DNA of 64,000 nt. It comes from a virus. A model generated the notes under the pieces. It saw only the letters and a list, made by a program, of their open reading frames with translations, did not search any database and had not been told where the DNA came from. The position numbers were made by a program, and so were the translations under genes. Positions 55,230 through 64,000 of this stretch are shown in pieces (position 1 is the first letter of the stretch; every line of letters starts with the position of its first letter). The stretch covers positions 35,813-99,812 of the IMG/VR virus record IMGVR_UViG_3300009370_002293. One strand, given 5' to 3'.

Positions 55230-57829
55230 ATAAATACAGTGACCAATTTAAAGAAATTGAGCTTGATCTTCATGGTGTAAGGTTGCCTTCTTTTAAAATT
55301 GAAGAAAAATATAAGAGACAAATCGGCGTTAGTGAAGATATCTCCAACAAGGGATTTCTTAAGGCCCTCTGTAAAAAAGGGTTAAGAGAGAAAAAGCTAA
55401 AAGGCCCTAAATATATTGACAGGGTAAAATTTGAACTTGAAACATTAGAAGAACTTGGCTTTACTGATTATATTTTATTGGTTTGGGATGTAATTAATTT
55501 TTGTAATAATAACGATATTGCCACTGGCTTAGGGCGTGGGTCGGCAGCAGGAAGTTTAGTTTTATATTTGATTGGTGTGACTCAAATTGACCCCGTTAAA
55601 TACGAACTTTTCTTTGAAAGATTTGTTTCCAAAGTACGTGCAAAAAAGAAAGTCGTTGATGGAGTAACTTATCTAGATGGATCGCTAATGGCAGACATAG
55701 ATATGGATATATGTTACCATAATCGAGGTAAGGTATTGGATTATTTGAATGAAAAATTTAAAGGCAAAACCTCTAAAATTTTGACCCTTAGCACTTTAAG
55801 AACAAAATTGTTGGTCAAAGAATGTGGTAAAATTATTGCAGAAAAAAGTGAGCAAGAAATGAATTCTGTTTCCCACATGGTTCCTTCACTGCACGGTCAA
55901 CTTGCTAGTTTACCTGATACCTATGAAGAGGTAGAGGAGTTTAGAGAGTGGTGTGACGAGAATAAAGAAACATATGAAATCGCCCTTAAAATACGTGGTC
56001 TTATTAAAAATAAAGGCGTCCACGCTTCAGCTATAGCTATTTCATATGAAGATTTAGAGGATGCATGCCCAACAGAATTAACGTCTGTAGACAAAACGTC
56101 GGTATCCTCATATGATATGAATTGGATTTCTCTTTTTAATGTAAAATTAGATGTTTTAGGGTTAAAATGTGTTTCCGTGGTAGACGATGTATGCAAAAGC
56201 GTAGGAATCTCTGTTGACGATATTGATTTAAATTCTAAATTCATATACCAACAATTGTTTGACCTTAAAAATAAACAAGGGCTTTTTCACATTGAAGCAG
56301 ATGTAGCGTATAAAGTATGCAAAGAAATTAAGCCTAAAAATCTACAAGATTTAAGTGCTGTGGTAGCGATTGCTAGACCGGGGGCACTCCAATTTCAAGA
56401 TACCTACGCCAAGATTTCTAATGGTGAACAGGATGCCGTGCCAATCCATGAGTATTTCAATGATATAGTTAAAGAAACTCACGGTACTGTTCTTTACCAA
56501 GAACAGTTAATGAAGATGGCTCATAAAATTGGGTTTAGTCTTGATGACGCAGAGGTTTTAAGAAGGATTGTTGGTAAAAAGAAGGTTACTGAAGTTAAAA
56601 AGTGGGCTCGTAAAATTAACGATCAAATCGAAAAAGAGGGGCTTGACCCAGAAATCGGCCCACTTTTGTGGAAAATCCTAGAAGACTCGGCCAATTATTC
56701 CTTTAATAAATCTCATTCAATCTCTTATGCATCTTTAACTGCATTAACAGTATATTTAAAATTTAAATACCCACAACAATTCTTTTTAAGTTTACTCAAG
56801 ATGAGTCGCCACGAGCAGGACTCTATAAATGAAATAGCAAAAATACACAGAGAGATGTTGAGCATGGGAATTGATTTATTGAGGCCCGATTTACTTAAAT
56901 CAGAAATGGACTTTTCTATTGAACAAAATAATATAAGGTTCGGCCTTTTATCTATTAAGGGTATATCAGATAAATCAATTGATAAATTAAATAATTTTAA
57001 AAATAAATATTCTACAAAATTTCAAGTATTTGAAGCGGCCCAAAAAGCAGATTGTAAAATAACCATTGGTAATTTATCGGCGCTTATTCAGGCGGGCGCC
57101 CTTGAAACCTTTTCTCAATCAAGGACTAAAACTGTTTATGAATCTCAACTGTGGAACATCTTGACTACACGAGAAAAAGCTCTTGTGACTCAATATGGCG
57201 AAAAGATGAATTATGATTTAATTAAAATTTTAAAACACCTTTTCACCTCTGTTGACGAAAAGGAAAAACCCTTTATAAAGCCAACCCGAGAAAAAACTAT
57301 AAGAAAAAAACAGGAACCATATAAACAGATTTACCTGTTAAACACTAAAAACAAAAAAACCACCCAATTTGCCAACTGGTTTTATGAAAAAACCCTTTTA
57401 GGTTATACATATGGAACAAAATTGAAAGACTTATGGAGTGGCCAATATCCCGAGCTTATCTCCATTGATACTACCAATGAATTACCCGAAAACGAAAGGG
57501 TGGCGTTTATAGGTTTTGTTTCTGAAAAACCTAAGAAAAGTCGCTCTCGTAAAGGTAGTGATTATTTATTAATGTTTGTATCCGACGAGAGGGCGCAGGT
57601 TAAAGTTATGATTTTTAATGATAAAATGAAAGAATGTATTGGCGCCGACGGCATTCGTCAACCCAAAGAAGGGGAAGTCGTAATTGTAAGGGGGGTAAAA
57701 AAGGATGAGGTTGTTTTTGCAGACACAATCACGGCCCAAAGAAAAAACCAAATTTATACCAAGTTATCATCTCTCGACGGAACTGAATTAGATTATAAAG
57801 TGTTGACAAAGAATCAAGATGCCCTATAA
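55226..57829 (+). CDS. dnaE: DNA polymerase III alpha catalytic core (lacks PHP domain)
   Basis: GRGSAAGSLV, FERF, DIDMD, GVHASA, KLDVLGL, YQEQ, YSFNKSH, IRFGL..IKG, OB-fold tail. Confidence 0.93.
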   Translation: MNKYSDQFKEIELDLHGVRLPSFKIEEKYKRQIGVSEDISNKGFLKALCKKGLREKKLKGPKYIDRVKFELETLEELGFTDYILLVWDVINFCNNNDIATGLGRGSAAGSLVLYLIGVTQIDPVKYELFFERFVSKVRAKKKVVDGVTYLDGSLMADIDMDICYHNRGKVLDYLNEKFKGKTSKILTLSTLRTKLLVKECGKIIAEKSEQEMNSVSHMVPSLHGQLASLPDTYEEVEEFREWCDENKETYEIALKIRGLIKNKGVHASAIAISYEDLEDACPTELTSVDKTSVSSYDMNWISLFNVKLDVLGLKCVSVVDDVCKSVGISVDDIDLNSKFIYQQLFDLKNKQGLFHIEADVAYKVCKEIKPKNLQDLSAVVAIARPGALQFQDTYAKISNGEQDAVPIHEYFNDIVKETHGTVLYQEQLMKMAHKIGFSLDDAEVLRRIVGKKKVTEVKKWARKINDQIEKEGLDPEIGPLLWKILEDSANYSFNKSHSISYASLTALTVYLKFKYPQQFFLSLLKMSRHEQDSINEIAKIHREMLSMGIDLLRPDLLKSEMDFSIEQNNIRFGLLSIKGISDKSIDKLNNFKNKYSTKFQVFEAAQKADCKITIGNLSALIQAGALETFSQSRTKTVYESQLWNILTTREKALVTQYGEKMNYDLIKILKHLFTSVDEKEKPFIKPTREKTIRKKQEPYKQIYLLNTKNKKTTQFANWFYEKTLLGYTYGTKLKDLWSGQYPELISIDTTNELPENERVAFIGFVSEKPKKSRSRKGSDYLLMFVSDERAQVKVMIFNDKMKECIGADGIRQPKEGEVVIVRGVKKDEVVFADTITAQRKNQIYTKLSSLDGTELDYKVLTKNQDAL

Positions 57830-57830
57830 T
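57803..57830 (+). promoter_or_regulatory. sigma70-like promoter (leaderless)
   Basis: TTGACA-16-TATAAT, 7 nt before ATG 57838. Confidence 0.8.
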
Positions 57831-57837
57831 ATAAATT

Positions 57838-58371
57838 ATGAGCTTACAATTTTATAAACCAAACCCTAAAGCAACTGGAACTGCCTGTTCTTTTTGGCAT
57901 AATCAAGAAGACAATACATTTTGGGTTAGCCTCATCAAACAAGATGGGTGGAATTCCAAAACCAGAAGTGGTTCTTTTTCTAAAAACAAAAATAACCCCA
58001 AAAAAAGAGTAATTGTAAAATTTAGCGACACTGAAGTATGCGGGTTAATTGATGCAATTAATCGGAACGCGGAATATTCTGGTTATCATTCTAGCCAACA
58101 AATTGTTAAATTTAAATTTTGCCCTTATTTAAAAAATGGTGAACAACTTGGTTTTTCTTTTTCGGTTCAAAGAGAGGCTAAAGAAGACTCGACAGATAAA
58201 CAAAATTACTTAATGGGTTTTTATTTCCCTGAGGCCGAAAAATTAAAATTATACCTACAAAAAATGATGCATGATAGTTTTCTAATTTTGGACAAAAAGT
58301 TTACCCCCAATACTTCCAACAACAAAACTGAAGAGTCTACGTCCAATGAAGGGGATGAATACGATTTCTAA
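57838..58371 (+). CDS. Hypothetical protein, possible ssDNA-binding protein
   Basis: Follows dnaE; acidic aromatic tail EGDEYDF; beta-rich. Confidence 0.55.
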   Translation: MSLQFYKPNPKATGTACSFWHNQEDNTFWVSLIKQDGWNSKTRSGSFSKNKNNPKKRVIVKFSDTEVCGLIDAINRNAEYSGYHSSQQIVKFKFCPYLKNGEQLGFSFSVQREAKEDSTDKQNYLMGFYFPEAEKLKLYLQKMMHDSFLILDKKFTPNTSNNKTEESTSNEGDEYDF

Positions 58372-58379
58372 AGGTAAAA

Positions 58380-60269
58380 GTGACTCGCAAGAAAAAACTC
58401 TTATTTCAAAGCGATTTTTCGCTTGTTAAAACAGGTTTTGGTAGAAATGCCAAAAGCCTATTGTCATATTTATATAAAACCCAAAAATATGATATCGTTC
58501 ACTATTGTGTAGGCATGAATGAATCTTCAGGGGATTTACAAAGAACCCCTTGGAAATCTATTGGAACTCTTCCAGCCTCAGAAGAAAAACAGAAGGAAAT
58601 AAACCGAGACCCACAGTTAAGCAAAAACGCTCATTATGGGTCTTATTATCTTGACGAAGTAATAGAAAGAGAGAGGCCTGATATTTATATTGCAGCGCAA
58701 GATATATGGGGTATAGATTTTGCCATAGGAAAGCATTGGTTTAATAAAATAAGCTCCGCACTTTGGACGACCCTTGATTCTTTACCCCTTCTCCCAAGTG
58801 CTTTAGATGCCGCGCCAAAAGTAAAAAACTATTGGATATGGAGTGATTTTGCGACCAAAGAAATGCATCGATTAGGCCATGATCACGTTAAAACCATACA
58901 TGGGATTATTGATACTCAGTATTTTTCACGTTTATCTACGGTTAAAAGAAAAAAATTAAGAAAAGAAAATAATATCGATGAAAATGCTTTTATTATAGGC
59001 TTTGTATTTAGAAATCAGCTAAGAAAATCAATACCCAATCTTATTGAAGGATTTAAAATTTTTAGAAAAAATAATCCTGATATTACCAATTCCAAGCTCC
59101 TTCTTCACACCGACTTTAGAGAAGGATGGGATTTAAAGAGACTCACGGAAGAACATGGTGTAAAATGGGAAGACATTTTAACAACCCATATATGTGGTAA
59201 TTGTTTAAAATATGAAGTAAAACCCTATAACGGCCCCAATCAGTCCTGTAGATTTTGCAACGCCCCTAATAACACCAATACAACAGGGGTGGCGCTTGGT
59301 ATATCAGAGTCACAATTAAATGAAATTTATAACCTAATGGATGTATATTGCCACCCCTTTACTTCAGGGGGGCAAGAGATTCCAATCCAAGAAGCAAAAC
59401 TAAGCGAATTAATTACCTTAGTTACGGATTATAGCTGCGGAGAGGAAATGTGTAAAGAAGAGGCTAACTCTTTAAATCTCAATTGGTCTGAGTATAGAGA
59501 ATTTGGAACTAATTTTATTAAAGCTTCTACTGATGCTAATCATATTGCCATTCGTCTTGAGGAAGTTTACAGAATGAATTCTGACCAGAAAAATAAAATG
59601 GGTAAAGCTGCACGAAATTGGGTTTTATCTAATTTTTCTGTAGAGAGCGTTGGTGCTGAAATTGAAAGGTTTTTAGATTCGTGCCCCCTTTTAGAGGCTG
59701 ACAACTTTCCCAAGCCCGAAATAAAAGATGCAAATGCTTTTGTTCCCGAAGCTCTCAATAATATAGAATGGATTAAATGCCTCTATAAAAACATTCTCAA
59801 AACGGATGTAAACGAAAAAGACGAGGGGCTTTTATATTGGATGGGTGAAATACAAAAAGGGGCCAGTCGTAAGGATATTGAAAATTATTTTAGAGGAGTC
59901 GCAGCAAAAGAACTTACGGAAAAAAACCCAGAACAACTTATTGATAAGCTAGATAAAGACGACAAAAATAAACGTATTCTTTATGCGATGCCCTTGGGGG
60001 AATTAGACGTTTATATTTCTACTGCATTATTTGGCTCTATTAAAAAATTGTATCCTGACTATAATTTATATGTGGCTATAAACCCTATTTTCCATAGTAT
60101 GCTTGCTGGAAATTCTAATATCCATAAAATATTGGAATTTGCACCTGAAATGGATTCTCCAGAAAAACTAAAGGATCAGGATGGCAATGATCTTTTTGAT
60201 GTGGTTTATACTCCACACCTTAATAAAAACAATCACCTTTATATTAAAAAAACTAATAAATGCAATTGA
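58380..60269 (+). CDS. Multidomain GT4-like glycosyltransferase with CxxC insert
   Basis: TGFG, RNQLRK, CGNC/CRFC, SGGQEIPIQEA, GLLYW module, GT9-like tail. Confidence 0.78.
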   Translation: MTRKKKLLFQSDFSLVKTGFGRNAKSLLSYLYKTQKYDIVHYCVGMNESSGDLQRTPWKSIGTLPASEEKQKEINRDPQLSKNAHYGSYYLDEVIERERPDIYIAAQDIWGIDFAIGKHWFNKISSALWTTLDSLPLLPSALDAAPKVKNYWIWSDFATKEMHRLGHDHVKTIHGIIDTQYFSRLSTVKRKKLRKENNIDENAFIIGFVFRNQLRKSIPNLIEGFKIFRKNNPDITNSKLLLHTDFREGWDLKRLTEEHGVKWEDILTTHICGNCLKYEVKPYNGPNQSCRFCNAPNNTNTTGVALGISESQLNEIYNLMDVYCHPFTSGGQEIPIQEAKLSELITLVTDYSCGEEMCKEEANSLNLNWSEYREFGTNFIKASTDANHIAIRLEEVYRMNSDQKNKMGKAARNWVLSNFSVESVGAEIERFLDSCPLLEADNFPKPEIKDANAFVPEALNNIEWIKCLYKNILKTDVNEKDEGLLYWMGEIQKGASRKDIENYFRGVAAKELTEKNPEQLIDKLDKDDKNKRILYAMPLGELDVYISTALFGSIKKLYPDYNLYVAINPIFHSMLAGNSNIHKILEFAPEMDSPEKLKDQDGNDLFDVVYTPHLNKNNHLYIKKTNKCN

Positions 60270-61417
60270 CCACCACATATTCTTTAGGGTGTGGTTTAAA
60301 CTTGGGGAAACCTGAGTTATATGATCTTTTCTATCCTATAGCTCACCCACATTTTATTACAATTGATACAGACAATTCACAGGGTGCTACTTACCCCTAC
60401 TGGCAAGACGTAATAGATTTTTTACTTCCTTTTTTACAGAAAAGAAATGTACAAATTTATCAATTAGGAAGGCCCAACGATAAACAACTTTTAGGAGCAC
60501 ACAGAACGAACGGAAACCTTGTACCAAATCAATTTTCTTATGTACTTAAGCAGTCTCTAGTTCACGTAAGTACAAATAATTTCTCGGCACATGTTGCCGC
60601 ACATTATGATGTAAAAACCATTGTACTTAATCGTTTTGATCTTAAACCAAAAGACCTTTTAGCTAAGAGCCGTAAAAATTTAAAGGTTTTGTGCCCCATT
60701 ACCAATATTACCAAGGGGGCTTTTGATATTAATTCCATACCCCCAGAAACTATAGCTAGGACCGTTCTAGATTTTTTAGGCATAGAACATAATATCCCTT
60801 ATGAAACTATTTTCATCGGTCACAAATATTGTGACGGCATAGAATTTGTAGAATGTATACCTAATCAAGCAATTGCTATTCAATCTATGGGGATTCCCTC
60901 TATCATTTACAGGATGGATTTAGAATATAATATTCAAAATTTAATTAATCAATTACAACAAGGTAAAGTTATCATTACCACTAATAAACCTATTGACATA
61001 GAATTATTAAGAAATTTTAAACAAAATATACACGAGTTTATTTATATCATCGAAGAAAAAAATGACCCCGATTTCTGTAAAGAGGTTCAACACTTGGGTA
61101 TACCAATTGTGCTAATCTCCTACCTAGACGAGAATAAAATAAATAAGTATAAATTAGACTACATGGACACAAACACTATCCATCATCAAAAAATTAATAA
61201 ATTCTCCGATCTACCGAATTATGAAAATTTGGATGTAAATGAACTGTATTTTAAATCTCATAAGTATACCTTTAGTAATCAAAAACTATTTCTCTCTCAG
61301 GCTTCAGAGAGGCACGGGGTGGCTGCCTCAGAAAAATCTGAAGTTCAAAAGGTCATAAATTCTGCTGATTTTTGGAAAAATTTAGAAATTTACGCGATTT
61401 TTAAAAAAATATCTTGA
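60260..61417 (+). CDS. Protein with GT9-like N-terminal half
   Basis: YPYWQDVI, IYQLG, AHVAA. Confidence 0.5.
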   Translation: MQLTTTYSLGCGLNLGKPELYDLFYPIAHPHFITIDTDNSQGATYPYWQDVIDFLLPFLQKRNVQIYQLGRPNDKQLLGAHRTNGNLVPNQFSYVLKQSLVHVSTNNFSAHVAAHYDVKTIVLNRFDLKPKDLLAKSRKNLKVLCPITNITKGAFDINSIPPETIARTVLDFLGIEHNIPYETIFIGHKYCDGIEFVECIPNQAIAIQSMGIPSIIYRMDLEYNIQNLINQLQQGKVIITTNKPIDIELLRNFKQNIHEFIYIIEEKNDPDFCKEVQHLGIPIVLISYLDENKINKYKLDYMDTNTIHHQKINKFSDLPNYENLDVNELYFKSHKYTFSNQKLFLSQASERHGVAASEKSEVQKVINSADFWKNLEIYAIFKKIS

Positions 61418-61442
61418 TTGGCTTTCAAAAACAATTCATAAT
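61414..61442 (+). promoter_or_regulatory. sigma70-like promoter (leaderless)
   Basis: TTGATT-17-CATAAT, 6 nt before ATG 61449. Confidence 0.7.
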
Positions 61443-61448
61443 CAACTT

Positions 61449-62141
61449 ATGAATAAAGCCAAGAAAATTAAACGAGACGCCAACGGCTTAATCAGTGGCT
61501 CCACTGTAAATTACGCCTTTAATGAAGACGGATTGATTGATTGGCGTAAAATGATAAAAACAGAATATCTAGTACCAAATAGAGATAGAACCACTGAAAC
61601 TGACGTTACCAAACTTAAAGATACTGAATTAATTATTTTGTTGGGCGGTATTAAAGAGTTGGCCCAAATTAGAGGTTTTACAAGTGTTGAATACACAACT
61701 GCAGCCCCCTCTTCAGACTATGTAGCTGTTACATGCAAAATCTCTTGGATACCTAATTATGAAACTGAGGGAGAGCCTGTAACTTTTTCTGCCGTAGCCG
61801 ATGCTTCACCCAATAATACAAAAGGGTTCGGTAAAATGTTTTTAGCTGCATGTGCAGAAAACAGAGCTTTTGTAAGATGCGTTCGTAACTTTTTAAGGAT
61901 TAACATTGTTGGCCAAGAAGAGCTTGGTAACTCTAAGTTTTTAGAAGAGGAGCCTGTTAATAATACTGACCCTCACTTTTTACTTAAAACAGTTATGAAG
62001 GAAAAGGGTATTTCTTTTGAGGTTTTAAAAAAGAAACTTGTAAAAGAAGAATACAAAAACTCCGATTCTCTCTCTAGTGTACATGATATTCCTAAAAATA
62101 AAGTATTTGAACTTATTGAAAGGATTAAGAAAGTCAAATGA
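61449..62141 (+). CDS. Conserved phage protein, possible Rad52/ERF-like annealing protein
   Basis: ADASPNNT, AENRAFVRCVR..IVGQEEL. Confidence 0.45.
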   Translation: MNKAKKIKRDANGLISGSTVNYAFNEDGLIDWRKMIKTEYLVPNRDRTTETDVTKLKDTELIILLGGIKELAQIRGFTSVEYTTAAPSSDYVAVTCKISWIPNYETEGEPVTFSAVADASPNNTKGFGKMFLAACAENRAFVRCVRNFLRINIVGQEELGNSKFLEEEPVNNTDPHFLLKTVMKEKGISFEVLKKKLVKEEYKNSDSLSSVHDIPKNKVFELIERIKKVK

Positions 62142-62755
62142 AAAAAATTATATTTTTAGTTTTATTATTCGTTAGTTTCAAATTGTGGGGGGCCACCTTT
62201 GAATTTATAGATGGCACTATTATAAAAGGTAATATTTATTATGACACCTCTAACCCTCTCTCTAAATCTAATCCTACTGTTAGAGGGATTATAATCAAAA
62301 CACTAGATAATAGAATTTATATCCATAATTACCCTATCCAAAATAATGCCAATAATGGCTATATAGATAACGGTGATGGAACTTACACTCCAAAAACCCC
62401 CATTCATATTCCAGCCCCCCCTATAGACGACGGGGGACACGATAACCCTTCTTTTATACCCCATTGTTGTCCCGCGAGAATTAATTTTTTTTATTTTTCT
62501 AAAAAAACACAAAGAGAACTTTATAAAAACTTTTTCAATCTTACGAGATATTACGCTACACAACCAAACAAAAACGCCATCACGTCCATAGCATTAATAG
62601 ACGCTAAACAAACGGCCCTATCAATTTATAATCATTTAAACAATAAAGTCTATATACCTACATCACCCAACACACCAGTAAAAAGAAGAGAGTGGCAAAA
62701 AAAGGTAAAGCTTCATTTAGCCTACTCGAAAAAAGTGTATTGGAGAAAAGATTAG
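62138..62755 (+). CDS. Hypothetical exported protein
   Basis: Signal-peptide-like MKKIIFLVLLFVSFKLWGA. Confidence 0.55.
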   Translation: MKKIIFLVLLFVSFKLWGATFEFIDGTIIKGNIYYDTSNPLSKSNPTVRGIIIKTLDNRIYIHNYPIQNNANNGYIDNGDGTYTPKTPIHIPAPPIDDGGHDNPSFIPHCCPARINFFYFSKKTQRELYKNFFNLTRYYATQPNKNAITSIALIDAKQTALSIYNHLNNKVYIPTSPNTPVKRREWQKKVKLHLAYSKKVYWRKD

Positions 62756-64000
62756 GTGGTAAAAGAACCACTCTCTGCCCAAGCTGAAGCCCCAGCGGAG
62801 GCAAATGCAGCCCATTCACCCGGCGTCCCACCCTTATAAATAAACTCCATAATACCGTTCTGAAGCCCATAACTCGAATTCTGTAGGGCATTTGAACCAT
62901 ACCCCTTACATGTGTAAGGTGGCGAGTAGCATGAAGTAACAGTATCGGCGGTAGTATCACAGTCATAAAACGTACTGTCTTTATATACTATTTTTTGACT
63001 TGTACCGTTACGTTGAATAAATATTTGGTAGGTGTTCCATGAAATAACCTGAAACGCCACTTGATCCCCTATAGAAGGGCTGGCTGGTAATGTAACCAAC
63101 ATGGTTGCTGATGCAGAACAGTTTCTAAATGAATAAATGTAGCCGGCTTGAGCCGTCAGAGTAGTACCCGCGCTAATAGTGGAGGCATTACTATATCCAC
63201 CACCGCCACCACCCCCCGCTGCGGCACCTTGAGCCCCTTGATTACCTTGATATCCTTGGGCCCCTCCGCCACCGCCGCCACCGCCAGCAGCACCTTGAGC
63301 GCCCTGATGCCCTGCACCTTGAACTCCTTGTACGCCCTGAACCCCTTGAACTCCTTGTACGCCCTGAACCCCTTGATCACCTTGATTGCCCTGATAACCT
63401 TGATTACCTTGATCACCCTGATACCCCTGATAGCCTGCTCTACTTATAGAACTTTTATATATACGCCCATCCCCATCATCTACTAATATAGCCTTACTTT
63501 CATCAGCGGTTGAAGGAATGTTCCTTGATCTGATTATGCCATCAACATCTAATTTATCACCGGGAGAAAGTGAAAGCCCCACATTTCCCCCACTCAAAAT
63601 TATATAATTAGTTCCAACATCAGCATTTTCATAAACATAAAACGGATAATTAGTGGATGTACCAGCCCACCCATAGCCTCCGTTGGCTTTATTTACTACA
63701 AAGTCTGCGGCAACATTTGGTGATGCCCCTGTATCAGTCGCATGAAAACCAATTGAATCTGAAGGGCTTGAATCGCCCTGTAGGAATAAATCAGGGGCTC
63801 CCCCACCTGCATGTCCTCCGTCCACATAAAAGTGATCGCAACCACTGGCGACAGTCGTGGTGCCCGAGGTTACGGCATATAAAAGATTGTAGTCGTTAAT
63901 ACCATCAACTACTAGCTGACTTCCACGAGCACCTTGAGCCCCTTGGAAGCCTTGGAAGCCTTGAGCCCCTGCGCTACCGCCACCGCCAGCAGCACCTTGA
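62752..64000 (-). CDS. Collagen-repeat tail fibre/adhesin, 5' end outside window
   Basis: Frame stays open from 63825 to the window edge (QGAAGGGGSAGAQGFQGFQG...); GxQ repeats; VTLPASPSIGD fibre module. Confidence 0.8.
   Translation of the reverse strand, partial: QGAAGGGGSAGAQGFQGFQGAQGARGSQLVVDGINDYNLLYAVTSGTTTVASGCDHFYVDGGHAGGGAPDLFLQGDSSPSDSIGFHATDTGASPNVAADFVVNKANGGYGWAGTSTNYPFYVYENADVGTNYIILSGGNVGLSLSPGDKLDVDGIIRSRNIPSTADESKAILVDDGDGRIYKSSISRAGYQGYQGDQGNQGYQGNQGDQGVQGVQGVQGVQGVQGVQGAGHQGAQGAAGGGGGGGGAQGYQGNQGAQGAAAGGGGGGGYSNASTISAGTTLTAQAGYIYSFRNCSASATMLVTLPASPSIGDQVAFQVISWNTYQIFIQRNGTSQKIVYKDSTFYDCDTTADTVTSCYSPPYTCKGYGSNALQNSSYGLQNGIMEFIYKGGTPGEWAAFASAGASAWAESGSFTT
63195..63436 (-). 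repeat. G-x-Q collagen-like and poly-Gly coding repeats
   Basis: 9-bp periodicity; exact 27-bp duplication gaactccttgtacgccctgaacccctt at 63321-63374. Confidence 0.9.

Noticed and set aside
52600-57829. Split intein or intron joining the DnaE parts
   Set aside because: No intein terminal motifs (C/S start, HN end); intervening DNA is ordinary genes
1-64000. Alternative genetic code, or cellular/eukaryotic-virus origin
   Set aside because: Long conserved genes are intact in code 11 and all three stops are used; bacterial promoters, tmRNA, DnaE/DnaB and a fibre gene without housekeeping operons fit a bacteriophage

Overview
Gene-dense, AT-rich 64 kb segment of a large tailed dsDNA phage genome (no rRNA, ribosomal proteins or CRISPR seen). 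Genes run mostly leftward up to ~14.7 kb and rightward after it. Content: a bacterial-type replisome (DnaB, DnaG, RecA-like, DnaE split into PHP, exonuclease and core genes), nucleotide metabolism (NrdAB, GuaC, dCMP deaminase, dNMP kinase), an ECF sigma factor, proteostasis genes (Hsp20, ClpP-like, signal peptidase I, trypsin-like protease, tmRNA), about 13 glycosyltransferase-like genes with sugar-nucleotide enzymes, and the 3' part of a collagen-repeat fibre gene. Most notable: (1) a five-gene C7-cyclitol (carbasugar) cassette built on a 2-epi-5-epi-valiolone synthase; (2) a ~330-nt hairpin-rich intergenic RNA candidate with its own promoter and terminator; (3) an apparent lysine catabolic pathway; (4) an STPR-repeat/HNH/SET fusion; (5) a tmRNA with a 31-residue tag; (6) an NrdB lacking the radical tyrosine (class Ic signature); (7) three promoter classes (sigma70-like leaderless, sigma54, and a GTGTAA-N8-start motif). 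A PVC-superphylum host is a weak inference. All calls come from reading motifs by eye; no database search was run.
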